Shown here: positions 1 through 12,195 of the stretch, one piece after another
Numbering within the stretch: position 1 is the stretch's first letter
Layout: each line of letters starts with the position of its first letter
Source: Callorhinchus milii
Lineage: Eukaryota
Reading direction: 5' to 3'
Assembly: GCF_018977255.1 (NCBI RefSeq)
Contig: NW_024704743.1
Location: 78,618,001 to 78,682,000, forward strand
DNA length: 64,000 nt
Made by a program: the position numbers and the translations under genes
Notes under the pieces: model-generated
What the model saw: only the letters and a program-made list of their open reading frames with translations
Databases searched by the model: none
What the model was told of the DNA's origin: nothing

Positions 1-33
1 ATAGTTGACATCTTAAATCTCGTTGGGATGAAC
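1..33 (-). other. Putative exon 2 of a minus-strand gene running off the window; possible start ATG at 11-9 (M-S-T-...)
   Basis: On the minus strand, a pyrimidine tract and ttttttgcag acceptor end at 34, followed by GTTCATCCCAACGAGATTTAAGATGTCAACTAT. TATDN1 is head-to-head with NDUFB9 in mammals, but too little sequence is visible to identify the gene. Confidence 0.35.
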
Positions 34-722
34 CTGCAAAAAAGGGGGTTGATGCCTTTCCTTTAAATAATAATCCTTGCATTTGATATCGCATTATCAA
101 CATGTTGGGAAAGCACCTCACAGGATTTTACTGTAGTCAAGCAGTGGCGGCCAACCTTTTTGGTTGGCCTACAAAATAATCAAAGAAATAACAAAACCAG
201 CAATAGATTTACACTGTGAATCAAGAAATATTCAATCCAGAAACATTATATCTTGTCGGCCAACCAAAGTGGTTGGGCACCACTGCTGCAGAGCGTAATG
301 GCGGCCAACATGGCAGCCAATACACACACAAAAGAAAACTCACCCACAGAGCCACCGCACTTCAACGGCGGTTCCCGTGAAGCACTCCGAGACATCCTCC
401 CGACGTGAAAGGCGCTACATCAAGTAATAATAATAATCCTTGTATTTGATGCAGCGCCATATTCATGTTGTTGAGGCGTCTCAAAGCATTTCACTGCAAA
501 GTGGAGTGACTGTGTATTTTGTCGGCGAAAGGATGTGGGGATTATCATTTACCATAAGGATGGTCCTTTGGTACAGAACCCCCCACAAGGCGCGGCAGCT
601 TCACCTGAGACTATATCAGCGCATAGTCCCAGCCTGAGGCTTGAACCCACAACCTTTTGACTCGCGTGACAATATTTTTTAAAACAAAAAAACCCTCCCC
701 GTGCACATCCACCAAACCTCAC

Positions 723-830
723 CTTGACCGGCATGGCGGAGAGGCCGTGCCCGCGGGCCGGTGTCCCTGCGCGTTATCAGCCACCGAGACACGAGGCTGG
801 CGCGCGAGGCCGCCCCGCCCATAACGGTCA
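723..830 (-). other. Putative first exon of the minus-strand gene (5' end approximate)
   Basis: Strong donor AAG|GTGAGG at 723/722 on the minus strand, at the edge of a CpG island. Confidence 0.4.
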
Positions 831-1075
831 GATTCAAACCCGGCGCCGCGTTCCGAGGGGGCGGTGGGAAAGGGGGCGGGACGAATGAGTGAGCGGCACC
901 GGTCTAGACCAATGGGCGGTGGAGGCTGGTGAGCGCGCGCCGCATCCGGCAGATACGTCAGGACTCGCCCCGACCGTCGGCAAACCGTCGAGGCTTTGGT
1001 TGAATCAACGAAGCTGTTGCCGAGCAACAGACTACAACCAAACACTGCAGTCAACTATAAAGCACAACCGCGCTG
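725..1075. promoter_or_regulatory. CpG-island promoter, probably bidirectional
   Basis: CpG-dense; GC boxes (GGGGCGG at about 857-880), CCAAT 909-913, CRE-like TACGTCA 954-960, TATAAAG 1056-1062 about 70 nt upstream of the Ly6 ATG. Confidence 0.7.
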
Positions 1076-1128
1076 CCCCCCCCACTCACCCCAAACCTAC
1101 ACTGCTGTGCTGCTCCACACTCACTAAC

Positions 1129-1174
1129 ATGACCCTCTTGGCCGCACTTGTCGCTATCACATGTCTAGGACAAG
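1129..1174 (+). CDS. Ly6/uPAR-family (PSCA/LY6E-like) protein, coding exon 1 (signal peptide MTLLAALVAITCLGQ)
   Basis: ATG at 1129, hydrophobic signal peptide, phase-1 donor G|GTAAGA. Confidence 0.85.
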
Positions 1175-2887
1175 GTAAGAAAAAGTATAAAGAAAAAAAA
1201 ATCAGATTTTTAAAAAAAAATTATTGGTAGCCGAAGGGTTACTCAACTGAGGCGGCAGGTTGGTTGGAGAGGGATGCGCTGTGTACTGAAGATTTAAGAT
1301 AAGCGTCTGTGAGGCAACAGGAAAATAGTTTTACGTATTTTTGGTTCTTAAGCGGTTATGGAGTAAAGGCGGATAAGTGGAGTTGAGGTACAGATCAGTC
1401 AATATCTAATAGAATGGAGGTTCAGGCTCGAGGGGCTGAACAGCCTTCTGTTCCCTATAATAATCATAATAACATTTATAATCTATGTAACATTTCTAAG
1501 TGGCTTTCAGACCACTTGACTTCTAGGTCCTCAACCTTATATAAATCCTTGTCATGCCCTCACATCTCCCTATTTCTATTACAGTACCTTCTCATATCCC
1601 ATTCTCCTGCGCATCCCTTCTACTCAATTAAAACTGCCCTGATATACACATGCCCACCACTGAGCCTTCAGTCACTACACCCCTAACCTCTGTAACTCCC
1701 CACCTCTATCCCACCGTCTTAGCCTCTCTCTATCTGTCTTAAAACTTACCTCTTCAACCGCATCTCTGGTCACTTCCCTGTTCCCTTCTCCCTTGCTCTC
1801 TGTCTAACCCCACTACCATGAAACACTCCAAGAGGTGAATATGAAGGGTGCCAAATAAATGCCTGGTGTTTTGTTGACTCCCTCCCTTACTTCGCTGAAG
1901 GATTGAGTGACATCAATGATCCATTAATTCATTCTAATATTACTAGCAATGTTTAGTAGAATTTTATTTAATTTTTTTTAACTTAGGATGACTTTAAAAG
2001 ATACATAAGCAAAAAAGGAGAGTAATCAGCCCGGAGGATACCAGTCATCTATGAAATAGTTAATTGAGTTATAGAGAGAATTAAATGCCACTAATTTTGT
2101 TATTTACTAGTTGAATGTTTTTAACCCATTCCTTTTTTATACTTGGTTAACTATGATTTTATTGGCCCTATTTCTCTTAAGGAAAACACCAATTTGGGGG
2201 CAAAATGTTTTTTTCCCACAGGCTTTGCTGTGTATTAATAAACACTGATTTAGTTCTATCATTGCATCTCTACCCAAAAAAAGGTCAATATTGGAAAGCA
2301 CTTTGTTTATTTTGAAGTGTGCGTTTAATTGTAATAGGTTAGTGTTAATGTGAAATTAGTGCAGCTATCTGAATGTTTTGAGTAGCTTTAATATGGTAAT
2401 ATATTTTTTTCAGTAGTTGTATTGAAAATTCCAAATTAAATGAGTGACCCTCACTGACTAGCCAGAATTAACGAAAAAGTTAAAATCAATTGTTTTAATA
2501 CTTCTATCAGACACTGCTTTACGTCACCTTTGCCACATTCCCCTCACCTCACACCCAACTCTGCTGAAACCCTCATCCATGTTTTTGTCACCTTGGACTC
2601 CTCACTGGTCTCCTCAGCTCTACCATTCACAAAGTCCAAGTGATTCAAAACAATATCCTCACCTGCACTTTGATCGGTTAGCTTGGGCCTTCTGCACATC
2701 TCTTTGCTTTCAGCTATTATACCCAACCCTCTGAAACTCCCCCTCCTCAATCTCTTTGCCTTGCCTTTGCCTATCTTCAGATCACCCCTAAAGACTTTCC
2801 TCTTTAACTGTGTCTGTGATCACCTCCTCTTTCTCCTCGGCTCGGCATCAAACTCCACCATTGTAAGCGCTCCTAGATGCAACCGTG

Positions 2888-3146
2888 GAGACCTGTAGCT
2901 CAGTGCTTAGAGTACTCGCTTTGCAAAGGAGACACCTGAGTTCAATTCCAGGGAGAGGGCGAAACCTTGGGCAAGTTTCCTTACTCCACACGCCTAATGA
3001 TAATCCCTCCAAAACAAAACAATAACAAATTGGTCATTTTCAATCCATGACTGTTTGTGGGACACTGCCGCGTTTCGCCCACAAATATATGGTCGATTCA
3101 CTTTACAGCATGTTCTGTGAAGCGCTTTGAGATGTCTTATTATTAC
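2888..3146 (+). mobile_element. Degenerate tRNA-headed SINE
   Basis: Aligns by eye to the 5762-6088 SINE, with internal deletions. Confidence 0.8.
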
Positions 3147-3208
3147 TACACCACAGAACAATGAAGGAAAGTTACTTTTAGCATGAAAATGTTTTTATCT
3201 ATTTATAG

Positions 3209-3328
3209 TCTCTTCGTTGACTTGCTATGAATGCTTTGGACAGTCAGATAATAAAGACTGCCTCAAGACTATCTCATGTTCTTCTTTTCAAAAACAGTGT
3301 CAGGCAACAATTGTTACTGCTAGTTTTG
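3209..3328 (+). CDS. Ly6/uPAR-family protein, exon 2 (VSSLTCYECFGQSDNKDCLKTISCSSFQKQCQATIVTASF)
   Basis: tttatag acceptor, 120 nt, phase 1-1, LxCxxC start of the LU domain, G|GTAAGT donor. Confidence 0.92.
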
Positions 3329-4130
3329 GTAAGTTAATTCTATTTAATTTTAAATGCGACCTTCAAACCATCATTGCAATATTTGAGTGTGTATCTGTTA
3401 TTATATTCCTTTCTATGTTTGTCATATGCATTTGAAATGACTAAAAATTGAAAAGCTCCATTGTTAACCTTTTGGATTCTAATGGGCATGAATATTTTAT
3501 TTTCTCCTCAGTTACTCTTTATTTCTCAATTGTACTTGTTTCCCTCCCAGTCAAGGAGACAGCTTCAAAGTGCTCCAAGACACTAAACGTACGAAAGGCA
3601 CTATATAAATGCAAGTTGTTGTTGTTCACTTCTCATCTCCACTCAGAAGCTTTGTTGTTGAGCATCAAGAACTGGGAGAATTAAGACTTCATCCAACCAT
3701 TCCTTGGTGGTATGAAATTAGTCCTGCTCATTGTCTAGTACTATCACTCACTCTGATTATTTAAGGTTGCTTGGTAGCAACAAAGTTGCTTTCAGCTTTG
3801 TTGCTTTGTGTCTGTTTGTTTCTAGTTTATAAACCTTGAACATGATCTTACAACATTCATTAAAGGTTCACATTTGCAATTCCTTACTCCATTTCCCATT
3901 TCAAATGGGTTGGCCAGAGCAGTTGCCAAGTGGAAGCGAATGGTTGAGTGTCCAAAATGAGCAAGAGATTAGATTAGATAGCTCAGATGGAGAAAAACAC
4001 CAGCACAAACTTGATGGGATGTAACAATCTTTGATTCTATTCGATGAGAGTAGTTACCCTTAGCCACTATTGCACACTTTTTTTTAGTATTGTGTCATTG
4101 CAACTGTAATAAGGCCATCTGATTGAAGTA

Positions 4131-4827
4131 TCTTCTTCTATCTATCTTCTTCTATCTTCTTCCATTACTAATAAAATAACCATCTGTCTGTGTCACCCAA
4201 GATCTCAATACCCGATTGACGTAGAAACATGATTTATACCTCATCTGAAAGGCCTTGCATTTGGGAGTGTCATTGGCATATTTTAGACACACGTATGGCA
4301 GTTTTGAGTTGGGCGCTGCAATTACACCTGGTGGCGGCACCGACTCCCAGTGGTGCTGTGGCATCGTGCATCACAGAGCACGAACGTGCACACAACATGC
4401 ATGCACTTAAACTAAGCTAAGCGGCAGGAATAAGATAAAGATGCCTAAGCGAACATCAAGCCTTTCAAGTACAAATAAAAAATACCAGACAAAAGAAAGA
4501 AGGACGATTAAATGAAACTAAAGAACAAGGAGTAGCCCAGCTGGATTGCAATAACTTGAGGACCTGCCAGATCACACACTAAACTCCTTCAGTTAGCATA
4601 ACTTTGATAAAATCTTGTATCGTTCATGAGCTATGACCCTTTGATAGGATCTTCTATCTTTCATGAGCTGTGACCCGAACAAGCTCATTGCACATGTATG
4701 GCAGTTTTGCTTAAAGTGTACAGATAGTGTTTATGGCTTGTTAAAAGGTTTGTGAGTGGTATCACTGAAATCTACATTCAATATTGGATCTTTTGGTTGC
4801 GAGCGTAGCTGGAATGGATACAGCTAG
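4131..4827 (+). mobile_element. Non-autonomous Helitron-like element, copy 1
   Basis: A|TC 5' end; 3' hairpin TAGCTG-n9-CAGCTA ending CTAG|T; no TSD; homologous to 10827-11383 and 22672-23403. Confidence 0.7.
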
Positions 4828-4859
4828 TTTCAAATAATGAAGGAAGCTGACAAGCTAGA

Positions 4860-5150
4860 TAGTGCATGACTCTTCCATCTGGTAGCGGGATGCAAACTAA
4901 ATAGGCATGATCCTAGAATTAGATTAAATTGGTTAGAGGTGCGATCAAGAAACCTTTCTTCACACATACACCTTGTGAAATTGTGTACTACACTATCCCC
5001 AAAAGATCACAGATGTAGAATTAATTGGAATGCTTACAAGGGAGAATAATAGATACTTGGGAAGTAAAGGTATTAAGAAATCTGGGAAACATGGGAAAGT
5101 TCTGCTATGATTTAATTAAACAAGTGGAATAAGCTTGAGGGCTGAATTGC
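4860..5150 (+). mobile_element. Old CR1 LINE 3' fragment
   Basis: Degenerate similarity to the CR1 3' end at 10545-10815. Confidence 0.45.
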
Positions 5151-5514
5151 CTCATTTTTCTATAATTTTATGAGTCTCATAGATGAGATCCTAAATGTTC
5201 TGCAAGCATGGAGAAATTGTATTACGGTACCTACAGATTTCTCACAGCCTGATGCATGTTCTATTAACCTTAAATTAATTGGATTTTGTGTATGGTTGAG
5301 CTGGGGAGATGAGCGAGGAGGGCATTGGAATAGTCCAGCCGGGAACTGACAAAGGTGTGGACGAGCGTTTCAGCTGTGTTGGTTGTGAGATATGGACGGA
5401 GGCCAGCAATGTGTCGAAGAAATACTTTCAATATTTCATTGTATATTATATCCCTATGAAATCCATACCTGTGATAATGCACTAATTAATCAATTTCTTC
5501 TTTCTCATGGTTAG

Positions 5515-5726
5515 GATTGATCCATATCTTCACAAGTATAAGCAAGTCATGTACAGGAATGTGTGAAAACTCCAAAACAAACTTTGGATTAACGCGGATG
5601 TTAACATACTGCTGTTCCACAGATCTTTGTAATGTCAACAATTCCACAACTATTGGGAGTAACCATTTGGTAATTCTCTGCTTGGCAGCTCTGGTCTGCT
5701 TCTTGCACTTGAGCGAGGAAGTTTAA
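5515..5726 (+). CDS. Ly6/uPAR-family protein, exon 3 (..ISKSCTGMC..CCSTDLCN plus GPI-type hydrophobic tail, stop)
   Basis: ttag acceptor, phase 1; CCxxDLCN LU signature; spliced ORF 378 nt = 125 aa with 10 LU cysteines. Confidence 0.92.
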
Positions 5727-5761
5727 TGCAAAAAAGATACGCGCTACTCCCTTATAAATTA

Positions 5762-6088
5762 GAGTCCTGTAGCTCAGTGGTTAGAGCACTCGCTTTGCAA
5801 GTGAGAGACCTGAGTTCAATTCCAGGCAGAGCGAAACCTTGGGCAAGTTTCCTTACTCCACACGCCTAATAATAATCCCTCCAAAAAACAATAATAAATT
5901 GGTCATTTTCAATCTATGACTGTTTGTAGGACATTGCTGTGCGCAATTGGCTGCCGCGTTCGCCCACAAAAAATATACAGTCAATTCACTTTACAGTGTG
6001 TTCTGTGAAGCGCTTTGGGACGTCCTCCCGACGTGAAAAGCGCTATATCAAATGCAAGGATTATTATTATTATTATTATTATTATTAT
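5762..6088 (+). mobile_element. Full-length young SINE: tRNA(Ala-like) head, Deu-like core, L2-type tail, (TTA)n
   Basis: A box TAGCTCAGTGG, B box GAGTTCAATTC, core TGTGCGCAATTGGCTGCCGCGTT, tail shared with the L2 3' end; near-identical copies elsewhere in the window. Confidence 0.92.
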
Positions 6089-7964
6089 AAATGGCGAGTC
6101 CTCCGAACTCCTGGCCCTCTGCCTGCCTTGATCTTACCTCTTCTGTCAACCCATTGCACAACACCCATGTTGCCAAACTCAATATTTTTGCTCCACTCGC
6201 ATTTCGAATTGAATCTTATCCCTGCAGGTCCCCTGGTACAACAACCACCTCTGCTCCCTGAATTCAAAGTTACTGAATGCACGTGGCTCAAATCTGGCCT
6301 CACAGTCCATCGCCAGATCTAGCTGCACCAAGTCAAAGTCTACCATTGCATCTTCACATTAGCGAAATCAACCTTCTGCTCCAAAATTATCCGGGAAGCC
6401 AAAGACATCCCAAGGCTTTTCTTTGCTACCACTAACCACATCCCCTGTCCACCCTTCATCCTCACCTCAAACTCTATATGTGAGGAGGTGATGGAATTCC
6501 CCAAAATCAACTGGAATTGTTCAGCTGCCTCTCCTTCCAGCCTTTTCATGTAATCCACTGCTGTATTCCGGTAGTTCTGAGCAGGCTTTCAGCCATTCTC
6601 CCCCACTCTCTGGAACTTCTTCCCAAAGTCCCTCTACATTGCCTTTCCCTCAGTTTATCATCCCCTAATTTCCTCTCTTCAATTACACTTTTGGCCACCA
6701 TTCACCCTCACCCCACCCTGCATTTTTTCCTTCAGTTATGTGAAGTGCTTTGAAACTTCTTTCCAACATGAAAGGCCTTATTGTGATGCACATTTTTGGC
6801 TTCAAAAGAGAACTATATAATTCAATCTAGAGTTCGCCTTCCATTTCTCAAACAAGCATTACATTCAAGCTATAGCACACACTATACAGGATCCGAAAAT
6901 TGGGATATTTGAAGAAAGGGTCATATGGGTAAATAATTCAGAATGTCAGTTTATTTTTCTAATAACAGGTTCACTATTTTTTGTTGGTGTGAAGACTATT
7001 GTTAAAGAACAAATACTAAATAAGTAATTAAAGAATTGTATAGTTAACTCAATTATGAAATCTTCAGTAAGTATGTGAGATCTTTATTATTTCAACTGTA
7101 GTTAAGCATAAATGTAATTACAATTTATTTAAACCTTTATTGCATTTAAAATAAACTCAACTTTTTGATGATAATTTTATATTAGATGTCCATAATACAA
7201 GTGACTGTGAGAGTTATTACAATTATATTTCAATCATAGTTTGTGATCATAGTTGTGATTCAATCATAGTTAACTGATGTTTGCTAGACTAAAGATATTT
7301 ACTGGTGACTGTTGAATTATACTTAATCTGCTTTGTACATGTGCTGCATCATTCTAGATCTCTTTTCATAAATAAAATTAAGATTTGCCATTGTATTTTT
7401 GTATTTGCCAATACAATGCAGTATCCCCTTTGAACAGAATTTTTTTCCACATAAATAATGTTGCTATGAATTCACTATTGTAATATACTGTATTAAATGT
7501 TAAGACAATCACAACATAGATGAATAGTTGCCTCTATTTATTTCTCTTTGTTGGGTTTTAAAAAAATTCAATTCATTTTTTTTCTTGAAATTGAATTGTC
7601 GATCAGTAAAGCTTGAATACTTCACCACAAGCTCAATTAATTCCTCTAAAGCCATTAAATTGGAAATACAATACAATCAAATAATTTTATTGTTAGCTTT
7701 TTCATCCACTTGCCTCATTAATAGCTATGGCTGCCGTGTTTACCTACGCTACACTTCATAATAAAATCCTGTGAAGCTCACTGACAAATCACGAAGGCAT
7801 GATAAGGCAGTATTATCAAAATGCAACAATTATTATAACTACTTGCGTTTATATAATGCCCTTTACATTGGTGGCATATCAGAGCGCTTATTGTAAGCAT
7901 ACTGTAAACTTATAACTCAAGCCTAAAATGAATGAGCATCTTTAGGAAAGCAGGGACAGAAAGA

Positions 7965-8340
7965 GGTATCGGTGGTAGCATTCTCACCTCTGAATTAGAA
8001 AATTGTGGGTTCAAGCCTGACTTTGAGGCGACAGTCTAGACGAGCACTGCGGTGCTGGGGTGAAGGTGTTGTCCTTTGGACACAATGTTAACCTGTGGCT
8101 CCATCTGTTTGTTCAGGTGGATGTGAAACTTTTTGGAAAGAGAAGGCAGCTTCTACAGGTGTGGCCGACATTCCCCCGATCAAACTTGTTTCACGGTGGT
8201 TTATGGGACATTGGTGTGCGCACATGGCTGCCACATTCGTTTACAAACACACAGTCACTACACTTCATAATAAATGCTGTGAAGCGCTTTGGGACGTCCT
8301 CCAGACGTGAAAGGCGCTATGACCAAACGTAAGGATTTTC
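7965..8340 (+). mobile_element. Older Deu-type SINE abutting the NDUFB9 promoter
   Basis: Similar to 60478-60893; L2-type tail GCGCTTTGGGACGTCCTCC. Confidence 0.65.
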
Positions 8341-8349
8341 TTTACTAAA

Positions 8350-8652
<303 letters not shown>

Positions 8653-9039
8653 TGACCTTCCGCTCTCTGTGGCCGTGTCGGGGGGAGGGGGTTGTTGGGG
8701 AGGGGGGGAATGTGCTGCTGTCATTTTGTGTTTTAAATGTCTTTGAATGTTATTGAATGTTATTGGATGTCATTGATAGTTGTACATGTGTGTAACCCCC
8801 CAGGTGTCAGCCTGGCTCAGGGGGTCACAGAATACAGAGAGAATCAGCTGAGCTCAGGCACTGGGGATCTCAAACTGCCTTCACCAACAACATTTCTCAA
8901 GTAACCGTCTCGGCATCTTTCTATGTCTGATACTTGTGCCACTGGGCACCTCTCCCCCCCCACAGCCCTCTTGTCCCCCGCCCCCGCTCTGGTGCAAACC
9001 CTTTACTGTCCAGTGCCTTGGGGTGTGTTCCCAACTTAA

Positions 9040-9248
9040 TTGAGTGACCAATTTATTATTATTATTATTACTTTTGAAGCAATTATCCCTCGGAAACGCG
9101 ATCAGCCAATCGACTAACAATCGGGTTCCTACTTACTGCTGGTAAACAGGTATGCGGAGTAAGGAAACTTGCCCAACATTTTGCCCTCCCGGGAATCAAA
9201 CCCAGGTCTCCCGCTTGCAAGGTGAGTGCTGTAACCACAGAGCTACAG
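9040..9248 (-). mobile_element. Older subfamily of the tRNA-headed SINE (body AGTAAGTAGGAACCCG)
   Basis: Head similar to the young SINE; body matches the host element at 18798-19463. Confidence 0.7.
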
Positions 9249-9789
9249 CACACCACAGGTCCAGCCCACCTCTGACGCTCCAGTGCAGTGCTGGGAGAGC
9301 GCTGCTTTATCTGAAGTATCGCCCTATGGATGAGACATTAAACGGAGGTCCCATCTGCCTGTTCAGGTGGATGTTAATAATAATAATAATCCTTGCATTT
9401 AATAAAATGCCTTATCGCATTTCAAGACGTCTCAAAGCACTTCACAGAATATACTGTAAAGTGAATTGACTGTATATTTTGTGGGCGAAAAGCAGCAGCT
9501 AATTGCGCACACACCATATCCCACAAACAGCCAAGTGAGCATGGGGGTGTCAGGCTCATGGAGAGGACATAAGGTTCAGAGTTCTGGATAGTCTGCATCC
9601 TGTATAGGGAAGAGCTGGAGAGTCCTGTAATACTGCAGAATTGTGGCACATTCTTGAATAGGAAGCAGCTTTTCTGCATTGGTTAAAAGTAACTGGTTTC
9701 CAAGTGAAGATTGAATTGAAGAATTTTCCTCATATCTGAGCTAGCTTAAATTTTAAGTCAAAAAGACTATGTGGAATTTCAAGCCTCAG

Positions 9790-10000
9790 ATGTCAGCTTT
9801 GCTCAGTTGGTTCAGAAGATTGTGTGGGTTCAAACTCCATCGAGGTTGACACTCCAGTGCAGTGCTGGGAGGAGCACTGCATTGTTGGAGGTGCCGTCCT
9901 AGGGATACGATTCTCTCTTCCTACGCACATTAAAGATCCCATGGCATTGTTCAAAAAGGGAAGAGTTTCTCCTGGTATTCTGGCCAACTGTTCCCCAAAT
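9790..10000 (+). mobile_element. Old Deu-type SINE fragment
   Basis: TAAAGATCCCATGGCA... core shared with 15065-15428, 20915-21220 and 60478-60893. Confidence 0.6.
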
Positions 10001-10544
10001 GAAATTGGTCCAGGCAGTTTTCTTGTTGGCAGCTATTATGGAAATCACAGCACAGAAAGAGATCATTTGGCTCACCATTTGTTGTTGTTAGTGACGCCTC
10101 CTCCACCAGATTTGCCGGCTGATCCATTTCCCATGCTAATTTCCTCAAATATTTGGCCAATTCCCTTTCAAATTCTATTATGCTTGCTTTAGAGACCTCG
10201 GATACCACTTCACAGTCAATTTTGTGGATTCAGGCATGTGTCATATTTTACATGAAAATGCCCGTACCTTTTTCTGGTTCAATTTAAAGTTCTGAAGATG
10301 CTGTTCCTACAGTTGCTCTTTTACTTTTTGTCAGATATTAAGGAAATAGTGTCTGTCATGACTGGTTCAGTAAGAGTTCCTAGTCTGGATTCTTTAGGTG
10401 GGGAAATATTTGATGATATTAACGGTACTTTATTTGGAGAACTACTAGACCAACTGTGGAAAATCAGCTTCACCAGACCATCATGCCTGTGCTGGCTCTT
10501 TGGAAGAGCTACCCAATCAGTCCCACTCCCCCTCTCTTTCCACA

Positions 10545-10815
10545 TGTGCTTGCAAATTTTTCCACTATTCAATTCTCTTTTGAAAGTTGTTATTGAATCT
10601 GTTTCCACCATCCCTTTCAGGCAGTGCATTCCAATGGGTAACAACTCTCTGTGAATATATTTTAAAAATTCTCCTCGTCTCCCCTTTGGTTCTTTTGCCA
10701 ATTATCTTGAATCTATGTCCCCTGGTTACCGATCCACCTGCCAGTGGAAACAGTTTCTGCCTATCTACTCTATCAAAACCCCTCATAATTTTGAACACGT
10801 CTATTCAATCTCTCC
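10545..10815 (-). mobile_element. CR1 LINE 3' fragment (end of ORF2)
   Basis: Translates as MFKIMRGFDRVDRQKLFPLAGGSVTRGHRFKIIGKR, typical of the CR1 ORF2 C-terminus. Confidence 0.8.
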
Positions 10816-10826
10816 AATATATTCAA

Positions 10827-11383
10827 CGAGCTGTACCTGTGCAGCTACGTTTGCAACCAAAGGATCCAATATGGAATGTAGATTGACCACACAGACAGAA
10901 AATTCATCTTTATATTCATCTGGGAGGGGACTCATTGAGGATTTGGCGCTTTAAAAATGTAAGTTTGTGTTGCCGCAGCTTAGCTTCGTCTGTGTTTATT
11001 TTGTTCCTGTCGCTTGGCTACGTACGTGCTCTGTGACACAGGATGCCACACCAGGTGTAACTGCAGTATATGCATACATACATAGTTGCTCTGTGATGCA
11101 CAATACACCTGTGCCACTTTGACTCGGCGACCACCAGGTGTAACTGCAGCGAAAAACGCAAAACTGAAAATAACTCCTGAACAATAGAAGGTACCTGAAA
11201 ACAAATATGCTCGTGTCACTCCCAGGTGCAAGATCTTTCTGATGAGGTATAAATCTTGTTTCTACGTCAATCGGTTATTGAGATCCTTCTTGAAGCACAG
11301 AGACATTGTCATTTTATTATTATAATTATATATAACATATGCATATATCAATAGAAGAAGATAGATAGAAGAAGATAGATAGA
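10827..11383 (-). mobile_element. Non-autonomous Helitron-like element, copy 2
   Basis: Minus strand starts A|TCTATCTATCTTCTT and ends GTAGCTGCACAGGTACAGCTCG|T; homologous to copies 1 and 3. Confidence 0.7.
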
Positions 11384-11535
11384 TTATGTTTTCCCACTGC
11401 CTTTTTCAATTTAAGGTTCTGATAATGCTGCTTATGTAGTTGATGCGAACTGTGAATAAGTAATTTTTTTATTAAAGTTATGACTTTTACATTCTTTTAC
11501 ATTTTATGATAATTGGAACATTTTCTCCTAATTAG

Positions 11536-11728
11536 AGACAAATACCGTTTTTACGCCTGCCTGCTGCGATCAAGGTTTGACGAAAACAAAGATGAAAAGA
11601 ACATGGTGAAGGCCACCAAGCTGTTAAAAGCTGGTGAGGAGGAATTCTGGACTAACCAACATCCTCAGCCCTACATTTTTCCTGAGGCCCCTGGAGGCAC
11701 ATCCTATGAGAGATATGAATGCTATAAG
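11536..11728 (+). CDS. NDUFB9: NDUFB9 exon 2
   Basis: [26 protein letters not shown]...[27 protein letters not shown] boundaries; 193 nt. Confidence 0.97.
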
Positions 11729-12082
11729 GTGACCAGTGAAATTCATTGCTAGCGAGAATTAATATTTCAAATTTAATGTATGAAGGTGTATGGATTTTGA
11801 AGGAGGTGTGATTATGTAATTAACATTCATTTTGTGGTTTATGCAATATGCCTCTGTTTTTAACATTTTTAAAAGTAATCCGCCTTTTTTATTTTGTGAA
11901 CAGTTTTTCCAAAACATGTATATAAAAAACTGTTCTTATACTGGAATGCCATAATTGCATGGGCAAGTAATACAGTATACAGTATTGAGGTTATTCATTA
12001 ATGAAAATGATCATTATGCTTTGAATATTTTTTCTCTATTTTAGTTTTATGAGTAAATACAATGAAGGTAGGAGAAATCTCA

Positions 12083-12195
12083 AAACACAAAATACTGCGG
12101 ATGCTGGAAATCTGAAAACAGAAACAGAAAAACCTTTTCAGATTTCCAGCATCTACAGTATTTTGTGTAGTGTTCCCAGTGACTTCTGTTTTTGT
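12083..12195. mobile_element. Short palindromic insertion flanked by a 14-bp direct repeat (TAGGAGAAATCTCA)
   Basis: 34-bp inverted arms at 12085-12118 and 12135-12168; direct repeats at 12069-12082 and 12196-12209. Confidence 0.7.
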
